Below, in pieces: positions 11,080 to 25,307 of a stretch of 64,000 nt of DNA. How positions within the stretch are numbered: position 1 is the stretch's first letter; each line of letters begins with the position of its first letter. A model generated the notes under the pieces. It was not told the origin of the DNA and did not search any database. It worked only from the letters and a program-made list of their open reading frames with translations. The stretch is from Eledone cirrhosa (Eukaryota). Position numbers and translations under genes: made by a program. The stretch lies in the NCBI GenBank assembly GCA_964016885.1, contig OZ024760.1, forward strand, positions 17,174,001 to 17,238,000, read 5' to 3'.

Positions 11080-13462
11080 TATATTATTTAATTATGTAAT
11101 AAACAAGACAATATAATTATCCCATTACTCAAGGTTTCACAAAGTTAGACGATTCTAACAGAAACGTCTGTTTCATTCTTCAGATGAAATATCAGTGTGT
11201 GTGTGTGTTTCGTATATCTAAAGAGATGCAAGAAAGTTCTCCAGAAACCGTTCAGAGACGTGCAACCAAGTGAATACCCTCCATCAGGCATCTACCATAC
11301 TCTGAACACCTTAATTCCCTGGGCATGGATACATTGAAGCTCCGATGTCTGGCAACTGGCTTGGTAAACACCAACAAAATTATTAACCATCTTGCCAACA
11401 ACAACCTTGAGTACCTTTTTGATTTCCATGTGTCTAACACACATGGACATGTCTACAAAGTCAGAAAACAGCACAGCTCGCATGATTTTCGGAAACATTT
11501 TTTCATGCTCAGAGTTGCTGAAGTATGGAACAAACTTCTGGCATCAGTTGTTAGCTGTAGAGACACTGCATCCTTAAAACCTCCATGCTTCCTGAAATTC
11601 GCCAACACACCTGATGCCCCCCTCCATACATGTATTTCATGACTCGTACACTGTTCATTTTCCTGACATTTGTACATTATTCTATGCACTATACATGCAC
11701 TTTTGATGAGTTGTAGTGCACCTGAGCACTGTATATAATAATTTCCTTGTTATTTATTATTATTTTAAAGTTAACCAGGATTTTTAAGAAAAACTTTCTA
11801 CTGAAGTTAACAAAGGACTTATTAAATCTACATAGCAAAATTGTAAAATTATAAAATTAAATTGTTATAGAATACCAACTACAAGTGAAGTAATTCTTTT
11901 CCCTTTTTTCAAATATACCTAACTGTACCAAGGATTTCACACATTTTCCTATATATACTTTCAGATATACCTTTTTAGACACACCATTTGGAAAGTCAAC
12001 AATTCCAGGCTCTGGGGGAATTCAAATGTAAGTGTCTCTCTTGTTATTTTGTTTTGTTTTTAATCTGCTAGGGGTGGGTCTCTCATGAGAATTAGCCAAG
12101 AGACCTTATTAACCCTTTCATGACACCATTTCCAATGAAATGCTCTCTATTTTAATTAATTAATGAAAAATTTTGAGGGATTAACTAAAGTTATTAATTA
12201 TTTCATTACTAAGAGAGTAACTTAATGTAATATTCTCATATAAAATTATATTGGAAGATTTTAATTTAAATTGGGAACCTTTTAAATGGGTGGTTTTATT
12301 TCATAGAACCAGAGTTGGTTTTGGCTGGGTTGGTAACTAAAGGGTTAAAACAGGTGGTTTTATTTCAAAGAACCAGTTTTAGCCAGGTTGGTAACTAAAG
12401 GGTTAAAGACCAGGTAAACTTACACGAGTTAGCTGTAACAACAAGAAAAATTTCCTAGTTAATATTGTTCACTACTCAGTAATATTTCTACTGAGTATCG
12501 CTTGTTGTACTCAGGCCCTAACTAGTGAAATCATGTCAGGATTTTAGACAAGATAATAAAGAAGACCTATGTGATTGCTTAAACCGCTAGAAATAACAGC
12601 CAAATATCGCTCATATTTAAGCTTGAGTAGAGATGAGGCCAAGCAACCTAGGATTTTGATGGGGGCCTACTCACCTCAAATTCTAGTTCATTTCTCTTGT
12701 TGTTAGGTTTAAGTACATCATATACTCTCTACATTTATGATATTTATTTAGCTCTGATTACTAAAATACTTAATGAACAGGTTTGAAATTTGACCTATAT
12801 TTCACATCTCACCTGGGCCTATTACAAATTTTTTTCCTCAAATTCCAATTCACAGCCGAGTGTTACTTGCCGGTGCCTGCGCAGCCACTGCTCGTGCTGT
12901 TATAGAGACTCCTTTAGAATATGCCAAGGTGAGATAACATTTCTATCTTTTTCTCTCTCTCACGCTCTGCCTGTCTCTCTCTTTTTCTCTCTCTCAACGT
13001 ATACTGTGAGAGGTTATGAAATGTCTTAACTTAGTTAACTGATGTACCTTATATTTATCTCAGAAATATGTTGTAAACTCAACAAGGACTACAAGAGGTC
13101 AAGCGTCAGAGTCTCTGACCAGCCCAAACATCAGAGGCTAATTCTTTTATTTTTTGGTTTCTTTTTATTTTCCGAACATATCACTAGAACTTCTTTTTTT
13201 TTTTTTTGTAAGGGGCATAACTCTTGGCAAGGGGCATAACTCTTTTGAACTCAACCGCCTGTGATTATTGACTACAAATTTTAGCTGATATAACCCAAGT
13301 GTTTAGCTATTTACTATACAAGTGTTTAGCTATTTACAATTCAAGTGTTTAACTATTGACAGTACAGGTGTTTATTGTTTAACTGTTCTGGTGTCTTTCT
13401 CTTCTCCAGGTACGTGGCCAGGTGAATAGATCTTGGCGGTTAAGGAACGTTTACACGGTGAG

Positions 13463-13510
<48 letters not shown>

Positions 13511-14687
13511 CTTTCACCCTGATCTTCAGAAATTCTTTGCTTAAATTTTAATCTTTGTTTGCTCTACGGGTTTATATACACTTATATATATATATGTGTG
13601 TGTGTATATATCCAATACTTATCGAGCCCTCTTTGGATTTTGGTCTTTGTAATTATCATCTATCTATAAATATATATACATATATGTATATCTGCTTGTA
13701 TGTCTATGTTAATATTCTAGTCTGTGTATTATCTATCTATAAATATATATACATATATGTATATCTGCTTGTATGTCTGTTAATATTCTAGTCTGTGTAT
13801 CATCTATCTATAAATATATATACATATATGTATATCTGCTTGTATGTCTGTTAATATTCTAGTCTGTGTATGCATGTGTGTGTTTCTGTATATATATATT
13901 TTAATAAGCCAGTCAGTGTGTAATGTGTGTGTATGTGTATTACACAATGCCCTCTACAACAATCCCTTCCTCTTTATTGCAGGGTTTTGGTGTGACCTGT
14001 TGCCGTACACAGGGACTGCTCTGTACATATTTCATGCTTGTTGACTCTGGTCGAAGACACTTCCCAGATCAGTTCCGACGTCCCATTCTAGGACCATTCC
14101 TTACCTCTGGTATAGCTGCTACCTTGGCTTGGTGGATGGTATGGCCCCTGGAGTACATGAAGTGTCAAGTACAGTCTGGTTATGGCAGTCAGTAAGTTAC
14201 CATTCTATATGATTGTTACCATCACCACTATCACCACTACCATCACCATTATCACTCACGATCATCACCGTCACTGCTACTACCACCACTACCATCACCA
14301 TTATCACTCACGATCATCACCGTCACTGCTACTACCACCACCAAACTCCTATCACCACATACCACAACCACCTAACTCCTATCGCCACTACCACCACCAC
14401 CACCACCACCACTGTCACTGCTACCACCACCACTGACCCCCACCACTAACACTACACTGCCACCATCAATGTCATCATCACCACCACTAAACTTTTTGTT
14501 TGTCTTTTCCAGAAAAATCTCTGTAATTGCTCGAATGCGGAACATCATAAGAGAGAAGGGAGGTTTCTTTGCCCTCTACCGTGGTATATGGCCTGGAACC
14601 CTCCGTAGTTTCCTAGCCAATGGTGTCAGTATGATTGTAATGTCTAAAGCCCAGAAGAAGGTCTCAGAGTGGGGGATACGCAACTAA
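9541..14687 (+). CDS. SLC25 mitochondrial carrier family protein (5'-partial gene model)
   Basis: join(9541..9694,10853..10921,11965..12027,12856..12928,13410..13457,13983..14191,14513..14687). All introns are GT-AG with matching phases. Three Px[DE]xxK signatures: PIDTIKTKMQ, PLEYAKVRGQ, PLEYMKCQVQ; also GFYRG and ALYRG. About 263 aa seen; the phase-1 upstream coding exon was not located. Subfamily not assignable by eye. Confidence 0.93.
10724..10760 (+). ncRNA. Degenerate hammerhead in SLC25 intron
   Basis: UUCA-CUGAUGA-GAUC(AAUA)GACC-AAAACAUGUC-UGGA; G12 changed to A and one stem II mismatch. Confidence 0.45.
10853..10921 (+). CDS. SLC25 carrier exon (GCIPPFLGSGIFRSTQFAVFEGA)
   Basis: tttcag acceptor, gtaagt donor, phase 2/2. 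Confidence 0.9.
11121..11188 (-). ncRNA. Possible hammerhead with branched stem II
   Basis: UUCAU-CUGAAGA...two small hairpins (GAAAC/GUUUC, GUUAGA/UCUAAC)...GAAAC(CUUGA)GUA/AUGGG. Confidence 0.4.
11215..11762 (+). mobile_element. CR1/L2-group LINE 3' fragment (further copies 15820-16110 -, 20820-21212 -)
   Basis: Translates to VQRRATK...HGHVYK...FFMLRVAEVWNKL (typical RT C-terminal RVxxxWNxL), followed by a shared 3' UTR and (TTA)n tail. Confidence 0.75.
11965..12027 (+). CDS. SLC25 carrier exon (YTFLDTPFGKSTIPGSGGIQ)
   Basis: tttcag acceptor, gtaagt donor, phase 2/2. Confidence 0.88.
12856..12928 (+). CDS. SLC25 carrier exon (RVLLAGACAATARAVIETPLEYAK)
   Basis: tcacag acceptor, gtgaga donor, second signature. 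Confidence 0.92.
13410..13457 (+). CDS. SLC25 carrier exon (VRGQVNRSWRLRNVYT)
   Basis: ctccag acceptor, gtgagt donor, phase 0/0. Confidence 0.88.
13983..14191 (+). CDS. SLC25 carrier exon (GFGVTCCRTQG...WPLEYMKCQVQSGYGS)
   Basis: ttgcag acceptor, gtaagt donor, third signature. Confidence 0.93.
14513..14687 (+). CDS. SLC25 carrier last coding exon (KISVIARMR...ALYRGIWPGTLRSFLANG...GIRN*)
   Basis: ttccag acceptor, TAA stop at 14685-14687. Confidence 0.93.
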
Positions 14688-15051
14688 AGTGAAACGACTT
14701 GCCTAACCCGAGAACAACAGAGATATAATCAAAGAAATAGCTGGTAGAACTATGGGAGAACAGCAGTGAAACCAGAGGCAGAAGGGCAGACATAACTATG
14801 GGACAACAACAGTGAAATCAGAGGCAGAAAAACAGACATAACTATGGAAGAACAGCAGTGAAACCAGAGGCAGTTTGAACATAACTTGTGGGCAACATCA
14901 GAGAAGACCAGAGACAATGAAGGTAGAACTAAGGAGAGCACTAGTGAATGCCCTAAAGTAAGGTTAGGGTTAGTTATACCTGAACATAACTCCAGAGATA
15001 GGTCAGGTGTATCTAAGAGTAAACCATGAATCTGTACCAACTAGGCTATAG

Positions 15052-15173
<122 letters not shown>

Positions 15174-16163
15174 GACGGCCACCGTTGATAGACTATGTTG
15201 AGTGTGTGCTGCTTCTGCAGTAGGGTCCCCAACGACTACAGAAGTCAAGAGACTGATGATGATATATATCTCATGTTTAATTAGAAATGACTTCTACAGG
15301 ACTAGAACTGTTTCATTCAAAAGAAATCATCTTTTGAATGAAACAATTCTAGTCCTGTAGAAGCTATTTCTATATTAAACGTGATGTTTACACACTACTA
15401 ATGTATTGAGTACCTTACTGACTGTGGTCACCCCCAATTGAACCTGGGACACACACACACACAGTGAATGTTGTAGTAGTGTTGGAGGCAACACCTGTCA
15501 AAACAGATTCAATTCACAGCTATAGCTATTTCCCTAGGGAAATAGCTATAGGTGGTGTTCAACCTGCTGAGAGCAGACACTAGCTGAGGGTGATGATGAT
15601 GATGTATCTAGTAGTATTTATCCTAGATGTCCAATCAGATATATTTATTCATATCAATTGCCCAATCCTGACCAATGAAATGTTAGCTGTCTCAAATCAT
15701 TGCTGTTTCATTAGCCCTCCCATGTGTTATCATGTTTGCTTATGTTACATTCCCAGATTTGTTAACCCTAACTTCTACTAATATTGTTTATCATCATGTT
15801 AACCCTCCCATTAATAATAATAATATAATATTGAAATTATTGTGTACAGTGCTCAGGTGCACTACAACTCATCAAAGGTGCATATATAGTACATAGAATA
15901 ATGTACAAATGTCAGGAAAGTGAACAGTGTATGAGTCATGATATACATGTGTGCGTGTGTATGGAGGAGGGATATCAAGTGTAGTGTTGGCGAATTTCAG
16001 GAAGCATGGAAGTTTTAAAGGATGCAGTGTCCTGACAGCTAAAAACTGATGCAGGTAGTTTGTTCTACTCTGAACATGAAAAAATGCTTCTGAAAGTCAT
16101 GGGAGCTATGCTGTTCCAAGACCTGAACTGCTCTTATCCTGTAAATACAACATTACCTTAAAC

Positions 16164-16620
16164 CAGTGATTCCCAACGTGGGGCATATGCCCCACATGGT
16201 AGCAATTTGAAAATGATGTTAATGAGAGAAAACTTCAGGTTTTACCTTATTACTGTTACTCCAAAGCAACTTTGGAACAAATTACTGTTGGAAACTCCTG
16301 TCTCACCACCTCCACATATGTTATTGTAGCTGCCTATACCAAGACAACTTTGGTACACATTAGTGTCATAAATTCCTGTCTCACCTCCACATATGTTATT
16401 GTGTATCTGGCATCACCTACACCAAGACAACTTTGTAACAAATTACTGTCAGAAACTCCTGTCTCACCTCCTCCACACATGTTATTGTACATTTGGCATC
16501 ACCCATACAGCAATTTGTTTACACTTTGTAGTTGATCATCAGTTTTCATATCAAAGTGGGGCATAAAAATGTTTGGGATGTTGAGGTGGGGCATGGGGCA
16601 GAAAAGGTTGAGAACCCCTG
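16164..16620. mobile_element. hAT-like MITE
   Basis: CAGTGATTCCCAAC...GTTGAGAACCCCTG termini; 8-bp TSD ccttaaac/ccctaaac. Confidence 0.65.
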
Positions 16621-17994
16621 CCCTAAACAAATATAACCTGATACTCTTCAACCATCACTACACCACATCACCACCATCAACACTACACCATATCACCACT
16701 AACACCACCACACCAACAACACTACACCACCATCACCACCACATTGACCCACTGTTATCATCATTAACTGGACCTGGGTTAATATTTCCTCAACCTACCA
16801 AAATAACATTGAATTCTAGCTCCCATCACAACCCCATCATGACCCTAACGACATCCTATTTAATCAACATACTGACATTAGGGTCTTGATAAACTTATCC
16901 AATGCTGAAGCAATATTTCCCCAATCTTTGGGGTATGTCTCTCTCTCAACCCTATATCAATGTAAAGCCTTGGTGGGTTTTAATGGTTTAGTTATCATAT
17001 ACACACATTATACTGCTTACATAGACACACACTATATTGCCAACACAAGTACATTTATATACAATGTATTAATCCTTTAGCATTAATTAAGTTAATACTT
17101 TGTATTGTGAGATATAAAGTAAAAGACCGATAAATCTTTTCTTTTTTAAATGCCAGTACAATGTGGTAGAAAGTGTTTTCTACCACATAGTACCAGCTTT
17201 AACCCTTTAGTATTATATCTTCACGGTAAAGGCTATATCCCACATAATATCAAATCTATGAGATTTTGAAGTTATTTATTTTGAGAACAATACCTTAACA
17301 TCGGTATGAGTGGCAAGTTACGGCTGGTTTGAACAGAAAAAGGTGAGAGAATGCTGGCCTGTTTAAATGCTAAAGGGTTAATATATACAGACTTTACCTA
17401 CTGAATACTCACACACACACACTAACAACTATACATTTATACTCACACCTTTGTTGTACACAGATTATTCCAAACAACCATTCCCAATGATGTCTTAGTT
17501 AAACATCAATGAGACTGCGTCACAAACACTAGGTTACTTGTGTCACAAATAGTGGGTAGTATTTGTCTCAAAATCTAGATTATCTCACAAACAGTGGGTG
17601 GTATTGGTGATTTCTGTCACAAACAGTGGGTGGTATTTGTGACTTGTCTCAATCTAGATTATTTCTTTCACAAACAGTATTGGTCTCAAAATCTAGATTA
17701 TCTGTCACAAACAGTGGGTGGTATTGGTGATTTCTGTCATAAAATATTAGTTATCTTTGTCACACTGTGTCACAAACAGTGTATAGTATCTGTGTCTTCT
17801 GTCTCAAAATCTAGATTATCTCTGTCACAGACATTATGTAGTATCTGTGACTTCTGTCACAACAGTGTGGGGTGTCTGTCACAGTATTAGCAATTGGAAA
17901 GACTAATGGAAACATTGTTTCCTCAGTCCGATTTGACGAGCTCCACCCCAATCGTTAAGTGAATGAGGTCTGGGATCTTGTCGACCGACTGTCG

Positions 17995-18029
<35 letters not shown>

Positions 18030-18929
18030 TGTGTGTATACACACATACATACATACATGTGTGTGTGTACATAATCTCCATCCACCTACATATGGCTGTA
18101 AACACACATCCATCCTACTTTCAAACTCAACAAATTTTGAATAAAACATTTTCTCAGTTCCTTGTTGTTGTTGTTATTAAATGTATCTAAGAATGTTTAT
18201 TATTAAGGGCTTTGGATTGGCAGTAGAATCAGTAGAGCATCGGACACTATGCTTTGCAGCATGGAGTTGCGGCCCTTTACGTTCTGAGTTCAAATCCTAC
18301 CAAGGTTAGCTTTACCTTTCATCATTACAGGGTCGATAAAATAAAGTACCAGTAACTCATTGGGGTCGATTTAATTGACTTTCCCTTTCCCCCAAAATTG
18401 TTGGCCTTGGGCCAAGTTACTATCTTAGTAATGAATTAAAATAGAGTATTTCATTAGAAATGTGGTCATGAAAGGGTTAAATATCCAGCGTAGTATACAA
18501 ATCTGACTGATGTAGATTTGGAAAGAATTTTGGAGATTCTTCAGAGCTGAATTTTTTTATTAGGTTTCATCATATGCTGTCTGATGAGGAAATGACGAAA
18601 GACCATGAGAAATGGAAAGATACTGTGTTGGAAAGGACCCTTCCAAGCAATGAAAAGCAGACGTAAAATGATGATGATAATGATTGAAAAATTCTAGAAG
18701 ATTCTCTTGATGAAAAAGGGTTGGACATAAAATTTTGATATGAAAGTTAACAGGCCGTTGTATCATCCAATAACAGGGATATATTATAAAAGAAAAACTT
18801 TGGTGATATTTGACACAAATGAGAAATAAATAAAAACACATTTATTACCAAATGAGACCCAATTCTAGGAACAGAAGATATTTGATGGAAGAGTGGAGCC
18901 AATCAAAGAAAATGGAAGGAAGACTATGG

Positions 18930-19112
18930 TCAACAAGTCCTCTTTTTCTTGATTTTACTGAGGCTGTTGTTGATGTTGCTGTTGTTAAAAAGCTGCAATC
19001 GCTCCCTCAGTGGAAGAATTGGTGCCTCAGACACTTTCCATTCAAGGGTTCTTACACTTTGCTCCAGTTCGGATATTTTCTTCTCATATTCCTCCTTCAT
19101 GTGGCTCAGTTT
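18930..19112 (-). CDS. CCDC152: CCDC152 last coding exon ([18 protein letters not shown]...KKKRTC*)
   Basis: ttacag acceptor, TGA stop. Confidence 0.88.
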   Translation of the reverse strand, partial: KLSHMKEEYEKKISELEQSVRTLEWKVSEAPILPLRERLQLFNNSNINNSLSKIKKKRTC

Positions 19113-19494
19113 CTGTAACAGAGGCACAATATACAAAAATCATCACCATCGTCACCTTCCTCATCATCATCATCATCATAATCACCTTCACTGTCTAACA
19201 TCTATTTTGCATGGTTTAGATGGGTTGTCACATGAGCAAGTCTGATTGGTCAGCTGGATGCCCTTCCTAGCACCAACGACTTTACAACATGTACTGGGAA
19301 CATGGTTTCTACAGCTGGACGCCCTTCCTAGCACCAACCACTTTACAACATGTACTGGGAGTATGGTTTCTATAATTGAATGATCTCCCTGATAGCAAAG
19401 ACTTTACATGTATTTCAAGCATTTTATTGTGACTGGTGCTACCACCTAACAGGGTGGAATGGATGCTTTTCATTGTGCACCAGCAATAAATATG

Positions 19495-19530
<36 letters not shown>

Positions 19531-22500
19531 AGTAAATGTAGAGTAATGTAAATTCTAAAGAGTTAATGGAACTGTAAAAATGTGAAACATTCCAGAACTT
19601 GGTATCAAAAGGGTTAAATAACTTACTTTCCTGAAGATTTCTTGGTCACATGACTGTTTCGACAAAGCAGATTGGTTCTTTTGTCTTTGGAGGAGTTTTA
19701 TCTTTGTCTCAAACTGAAATGTTTAGAATGATAGAAAATACCTTTTTTGTTTTTAACTTTGGATTTAGTTTATATGTTTAATTTGGGATCAGTTTGGGTA
19801 AATGGAGGAGAAACTTCTGGAATCTGGAGAACTAGAAATATTCTGGGTTTTATTTCTTCTATATTTTCCTTATCTTTTCTTTCTCTCACATTTCCATAAA
19901 AAGAAAACACAGCATGATGAAGTATGAGTAAGATGTGCTGTCATCTCATCACTAACGAAGGACTAGCGTCTGAAACGCTAAGACCCTCTTCCTGCTATTT
20001 CAAGCATTAACATAATATATTCCTTCCATATACTGTACCGATTGAGTTGTTTTTTTCTGTTTACCTTTTACATATATACATATATGTGTGTGTATATATA
20101 TATATATATATAACCAGGTCTGTCATCCTATGACTGAAATATATATATATATATAACGAAGGAAATGTGGTAAGGAACCAGATGGACCATAACGCACCAA
20201 ATTACTCAATACTTAGGGTAGTAGAGTGGGTAATAGGAACGAGTAGGACCCTGACGGCTGAGCTCAAGCCGTTTCGACAGCTAATTCTGGACTATATTAA
20301 GTCCAGAATTAGCACCTCCACGACCACTTTGCAGTGGAATGATATGGACCCCAGTCCCTATCATCTCATTTCTACAGCTGAGTAAACTGGAGCAATGTGA
20401 AATAAAGTGTCTTGCTCAAGGACACAACACATCACCCGGTCTGAGAATTGAACTCACAACCTTTCGATTGCAAGGCCAATGCTCTAACCACTAAGCCATG
20501 TGCCTCTAATGCAAATGGTAAAGAGTTAAGATAAACAGTTTTGTATCATAGAAGCTGATACAGTTACCTCCATTTTCAGACAGACAATCTCATTCTGTTT
20601 CTTCTGTTCGTGTTTTTTCAAAGATTCTTGTAGTTGTTCATTTTGGTTTCTTTCTTCCTCAAGCAAGTTTTTCAGCTCACCAACCATTTCATCTCCTGGG
20701 AGCAACAAAACACACAGTTAGACAGGCCAGGAACCGAAAATAAATCAGGGAAAACAATGTTATGTTGCTCCAGCCCATTCAACAACTATAACTACAATAA
20801 CAACTACAATAAAAAAAAATAATGAAAAACATTGTGTAAAGTGCTCAGGTGCACTACAACTCATCAAAGGTGCATGTACAGTAAATAGAATAATGTACAA
20901 ATGTCAGAAAGAGTGAACAGTGTACGAGTCATGATATACACACAGATACATGTGTGAGTGTGTATGGAGGGGGAATATCAGGTGTAGTGTTAGAGAATTT
21001 CTGGAAACGGGGAAGTTTTAAAGGATGCAATGTCCCAACAGCTAACAACTGATGCGGGTAGTTTGTTCCATGCTTCAGCAATTCTGAGAGTGAAAAAATC
21101 TTTCTGAAAGTCATGGGAGCTGTGCTGTTTTCTGATTTTGTAGGCATGTCCATGGGTGTTTGATACATGGGATTCAAAGATGTGCTCAGGGTTGTTGTTG
21201 GAAAGATGGTTAAATTACAACAACCATAACAACAACTACAACAGTAGCAATGAAGATACTTAACTCTCTTTAGTGATGCTGCTGACCATTTCAGAGAACT
21301 TTCTATTGTGTTCCAACTCTAGATTCTTTATATTCTCTTTATGATTTTCTTTTACATCTTCTAATTCCTAGAAAACATACATTGTAGGGAGAGAGTCTGG
21401 TGAATGTCTGATACTGGTGGAATTGGGATGAAACACCACATATATGCACATACACACATATACAGACATACACATACACACATATACAGACATACACATA
21501 CACACATATACAGACATATCATCATTTCATTTTACGTCCGCTTTTTCCCTGCTTGCAAGGGTGGGACGGGAACTGATTCTGGCTTGATTTCTACAGCTGG
21601 ATGCCCTTCCTAACACCAACCTCATTTACAGTGAGTGCTGGGTGCTTTTTTGCCGTGGCGCCTACACATCCACTTTGCAGTGGAATGATAGGGACCCCAG
21701 TCCCTATCATCTCATTTCTACAGCTGAGTAAACCGGAGCAATGTGAAATAAAGTGTCTTGCTCAAGGACACAACACATCAACCGGTCTGAGAATTGAACT
21801 CACAACATTTCGATTGTAAGGCCAATGCTCTAACCACTAAGCCACGTGCCTCCATATATATATATATATATAAATGAAAAGTATAGTATATAGTCTAGCA
21901 GAACAGGTCACATCTAGAGTTTCTGATATGGCTATCATGGGATAGTCTAGCAGAACAGGTCACATCTAGAGTCTCTGATATGGCTGTCATAGGATAGTCT
22001 AGCAGAACAGGGCAGATCTAGAGTCTCTGATATGGCTGTCATAGGATAGTCTAGCAGAACAGGGCAGATCTAGAGTCTCTGATATGGCTGTCATAGGATA
22101 GTCTAGCAGAACAGGGCAGATCTAGAGTCTCTGATATGGCTGTCATAGGATAGTCTAGCAGAACAGGGCAGATCTAGAGTCTCTGATATGGCTGTCATAG
22201 GATAGTCTAGCAGAACAGGGCAGATCTAGAGTCTCTGATATGGCTGTCATAGGATAGTCTAGCAGAACAGGGCAGATCTAGAGTCTCTGATATGGCTGTC
22301 ATAGGATAGTCTAGCAGAACAGGGCAGATCTAGAGTCTCTGATATGGCTGTCATAGGATAGTCTAGCAGAACAGGGCAGATCTAGAGTCTCTGATATGGC
22401 TGTCATAGGATAGTCTAGCAGAACAGGGCAGATCTAGAGTCTCTGATATGGCTGTCATAGGATAGTCTAGCAGAACAGGGCAGATCTAGAGTCTCTGATA

Positions 22501-25017
22501 TGGCTGTCATAGGATAGTCTAGCAGAACAGGGCAGATCTAGAGTCTCTGATATGGCTGTCATAGGATAGTCTAGCAGAACAGGGCAGATCTAGAGTCTCT
22601 GATATGGCTGTCATAGGATAGTCTAGCAGAACAGGGCAGATCTAGAGTCTCTGATATGGCTGTCATAGGATAGTCTAGCAGAACAGGGCAGATCTAGAGT
22701 CTCTGATATGGCTGTCATAGGATAGTCTAGCAGAACAGGGCAGATCTAGAGTCTCTGATATGGCTGTCATAGGATAGTCTAGCAGAACAGGGCAGATCTA
22801 GAGTCTCTGATATGGCTATCATAGGATAGTCTAGCAGAACAGGGCAGATCTAAAGGACTAAGTCTCAATAAAAATCCTGTTTGTCTCATAGTAAGCAGTA
22901 ACACATGCGTTGATCATCAGTTTAATTAGATGACCTCATCATTGTGAACACCTGTGGTCTCACAGATTATCAACTATTAATTTGACAATGTGTTGGCACA
23001 ACTGCTCCAGGTAGCAGAGAAATCTAGCCATTAGAAAAAAAATCAAAATGAAGTTGTTCAATACAAGCACCAAGGTTCAAGTCCATGATTTAAAGTCTTT
23101 CAAATAGTCAGATGTTATATTAGCATTAGATCAGTGATTGCCAACCTTCCAGACCTCACAGACCAGTAAATTCATTAATTTTAAATCCCGCGAACCATTA
23201 ATATGAATTTAAAAAAAAGATAAATACATTTGTAAAATAATAATCAGAGAACTTCCATTTTATTAATATGAAATGCACCTATTAAATATAATAAAATTAT
23301 AAATGCTTATGTAATCATAACAAAATCTTTAAAGTAAATAATGTCAACATTTTTCTGTGGACCACCAAAATTTTCTCTCGGACCACCAGTTGGTGACCAC
23401 TGCATTAGAAGACAAGCCTTGCCTCAAACCATTAGGGTGGCAATGCTCTGAAACTTAACCTAAGAAAGACTTTGCTAAACCTCACCCCAAAAAAACACAC
23501 ACACATTAACAAAAGCAAAACTTGAAATATTATACCTTTTCAATAATTGCTATTCTAAGTTCTTTCTCAGCTAGAATTCTCTTTAACTCTCGAATTTCAT
23601 CTGGAAAATTAAGGGAGTGAGGAAAGTAGTTATAATAAATGTTTTAGAATATTTGGGATGGTCACACATCTCATATAGGCAATACAATTCCATTAAAGGA
23701 GCATCTACATGGTCAGTTGGCTTGCTAGAAATAACAGCCAAGACTCCTAATTATAAAAAGATAAAGACATACAGAGATACACAATGCTTGGATGAGTTGA
23801 TGGAAAAGCTGGGTTTAAGAGGCATCTGAAGTGCTGTGCAGGAGAGAAGACTGCATTGGTTTGGACATGTGATGTGCATATACAATGATCGTTGGGTGAA
23901 AAAGTGCCAGGAAATCCCAGTGGAAGGAAGCTGTAGTTAAGGTAGACCAAGAAAGACATGGGCAGAGGTTCTGAGAGATGAGCTCAAATCACAGAGGAGA
24001 TGAGTAAGGATCACGCCGTGTGCAGAGATGCTATGCTGAGAAGGACCCATCCAACCCATGCATCCATGGAAAAGCAGACATAAAAACAATGATGATATAT
24101 ATATTTACCTTCTGCACATATTAGAGTATTGATCTGTTGCTGTAGACCTTCAATCAATTCATGGAGTTTCAGAAGATCTGTAAAATAATAAAATCATAAC
24201 TTCACATCTTCTGTGGGCGGGGAGGGAAAGATGTAGATAGGAGGGTCTTCAGTGAAGAGAGAGAGAGGAAGATAAGGGTTTCTGATTTAACCACAAGACA
24301 AACAACTTTGAATAGTTGGGAAAGTCAATTAATTCGACCCCAGTGTATTACTGGTGCTTTATTTTTAAGAATGAAAAGCAAAGCTAACCTCGGTGGGATT
24401 TCAACTCAGAACATAAAGGGCTATAACATTTATGTTATGGTAGATACTACATGGGGTTCTTTAAAAAGAAATACTCTCAGGTTTCGAATACGTCCTCCCA
24501 GCCCCCTAGATGTTTTTCCAACCCCTCCACTCTTATTCCAACTCCCCCGCTTATTAAATTTTGCTAATCAATCTCCAGTGAAATTTAATTTAAGTGGTAG
24601 CATTCCTGCAGCAATTAATTTTCTTTGTACATTTAAAAAACATTATACATGACGAAAAAAGTACATTACTAGAAACCCCATATGTTATAAAATAAATAGG
24701 ATGGGTTGAGGTCTCAATATGTAAACTAAATGACTAATTCTGGTTTTTTAAAAAATTATCAGAGACAACCTAGAAAAATTACAGATTTTCCAACCAAACC
24801 CCACCGACTTCTTATTCCAACACTTCGCCCCTCCCCCCCCTCACTATTATTTGGGACCTGAGAGAGTGGATGAGGGGGGGGGGTGACAAGGGTTAATATG
24901 TATTCCTGAACAATAGACTTTTGAGTTGAAAGAGAAGTCCAACCAACAGTTCAACAGGTCAACCATTGCTTCCTTGTATGATATATATATATATATATAT
25001 ATATACCACACACACAC

Positions 25018-25058
<41 letters not shown>

Positions 25059-25066
25059 ACACACAC

Positions 25067-25097
<31 letters not shown>

Positions 25098-25107
25098 CCA
25101 CACACAC

Positions 25108-25152
<45 letters not shown>

Positions 25153-25193
25153 TGTTGAAGTTTGCTTGAAGCATTGTGGAATAATAAAAAGAC

Positions 25194-25249
<56 letters not shown>

Positions 25250-25272
25250 ATACACACATATAGTTATACACT

Positions 25273-25307
<35 letters not shown>

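Noticed and set aside
11325-11642. 105-aa ORF as a host gene
   Set aside because: Decayed LINE reverse-transcriptase C-terminus with other copies in the window
18581-18606. CTGATGAG...GAAA hammerhead-like word
   Set aside because: No stem II, no NUH or stem I; lies in a decayed RTE LINE tail
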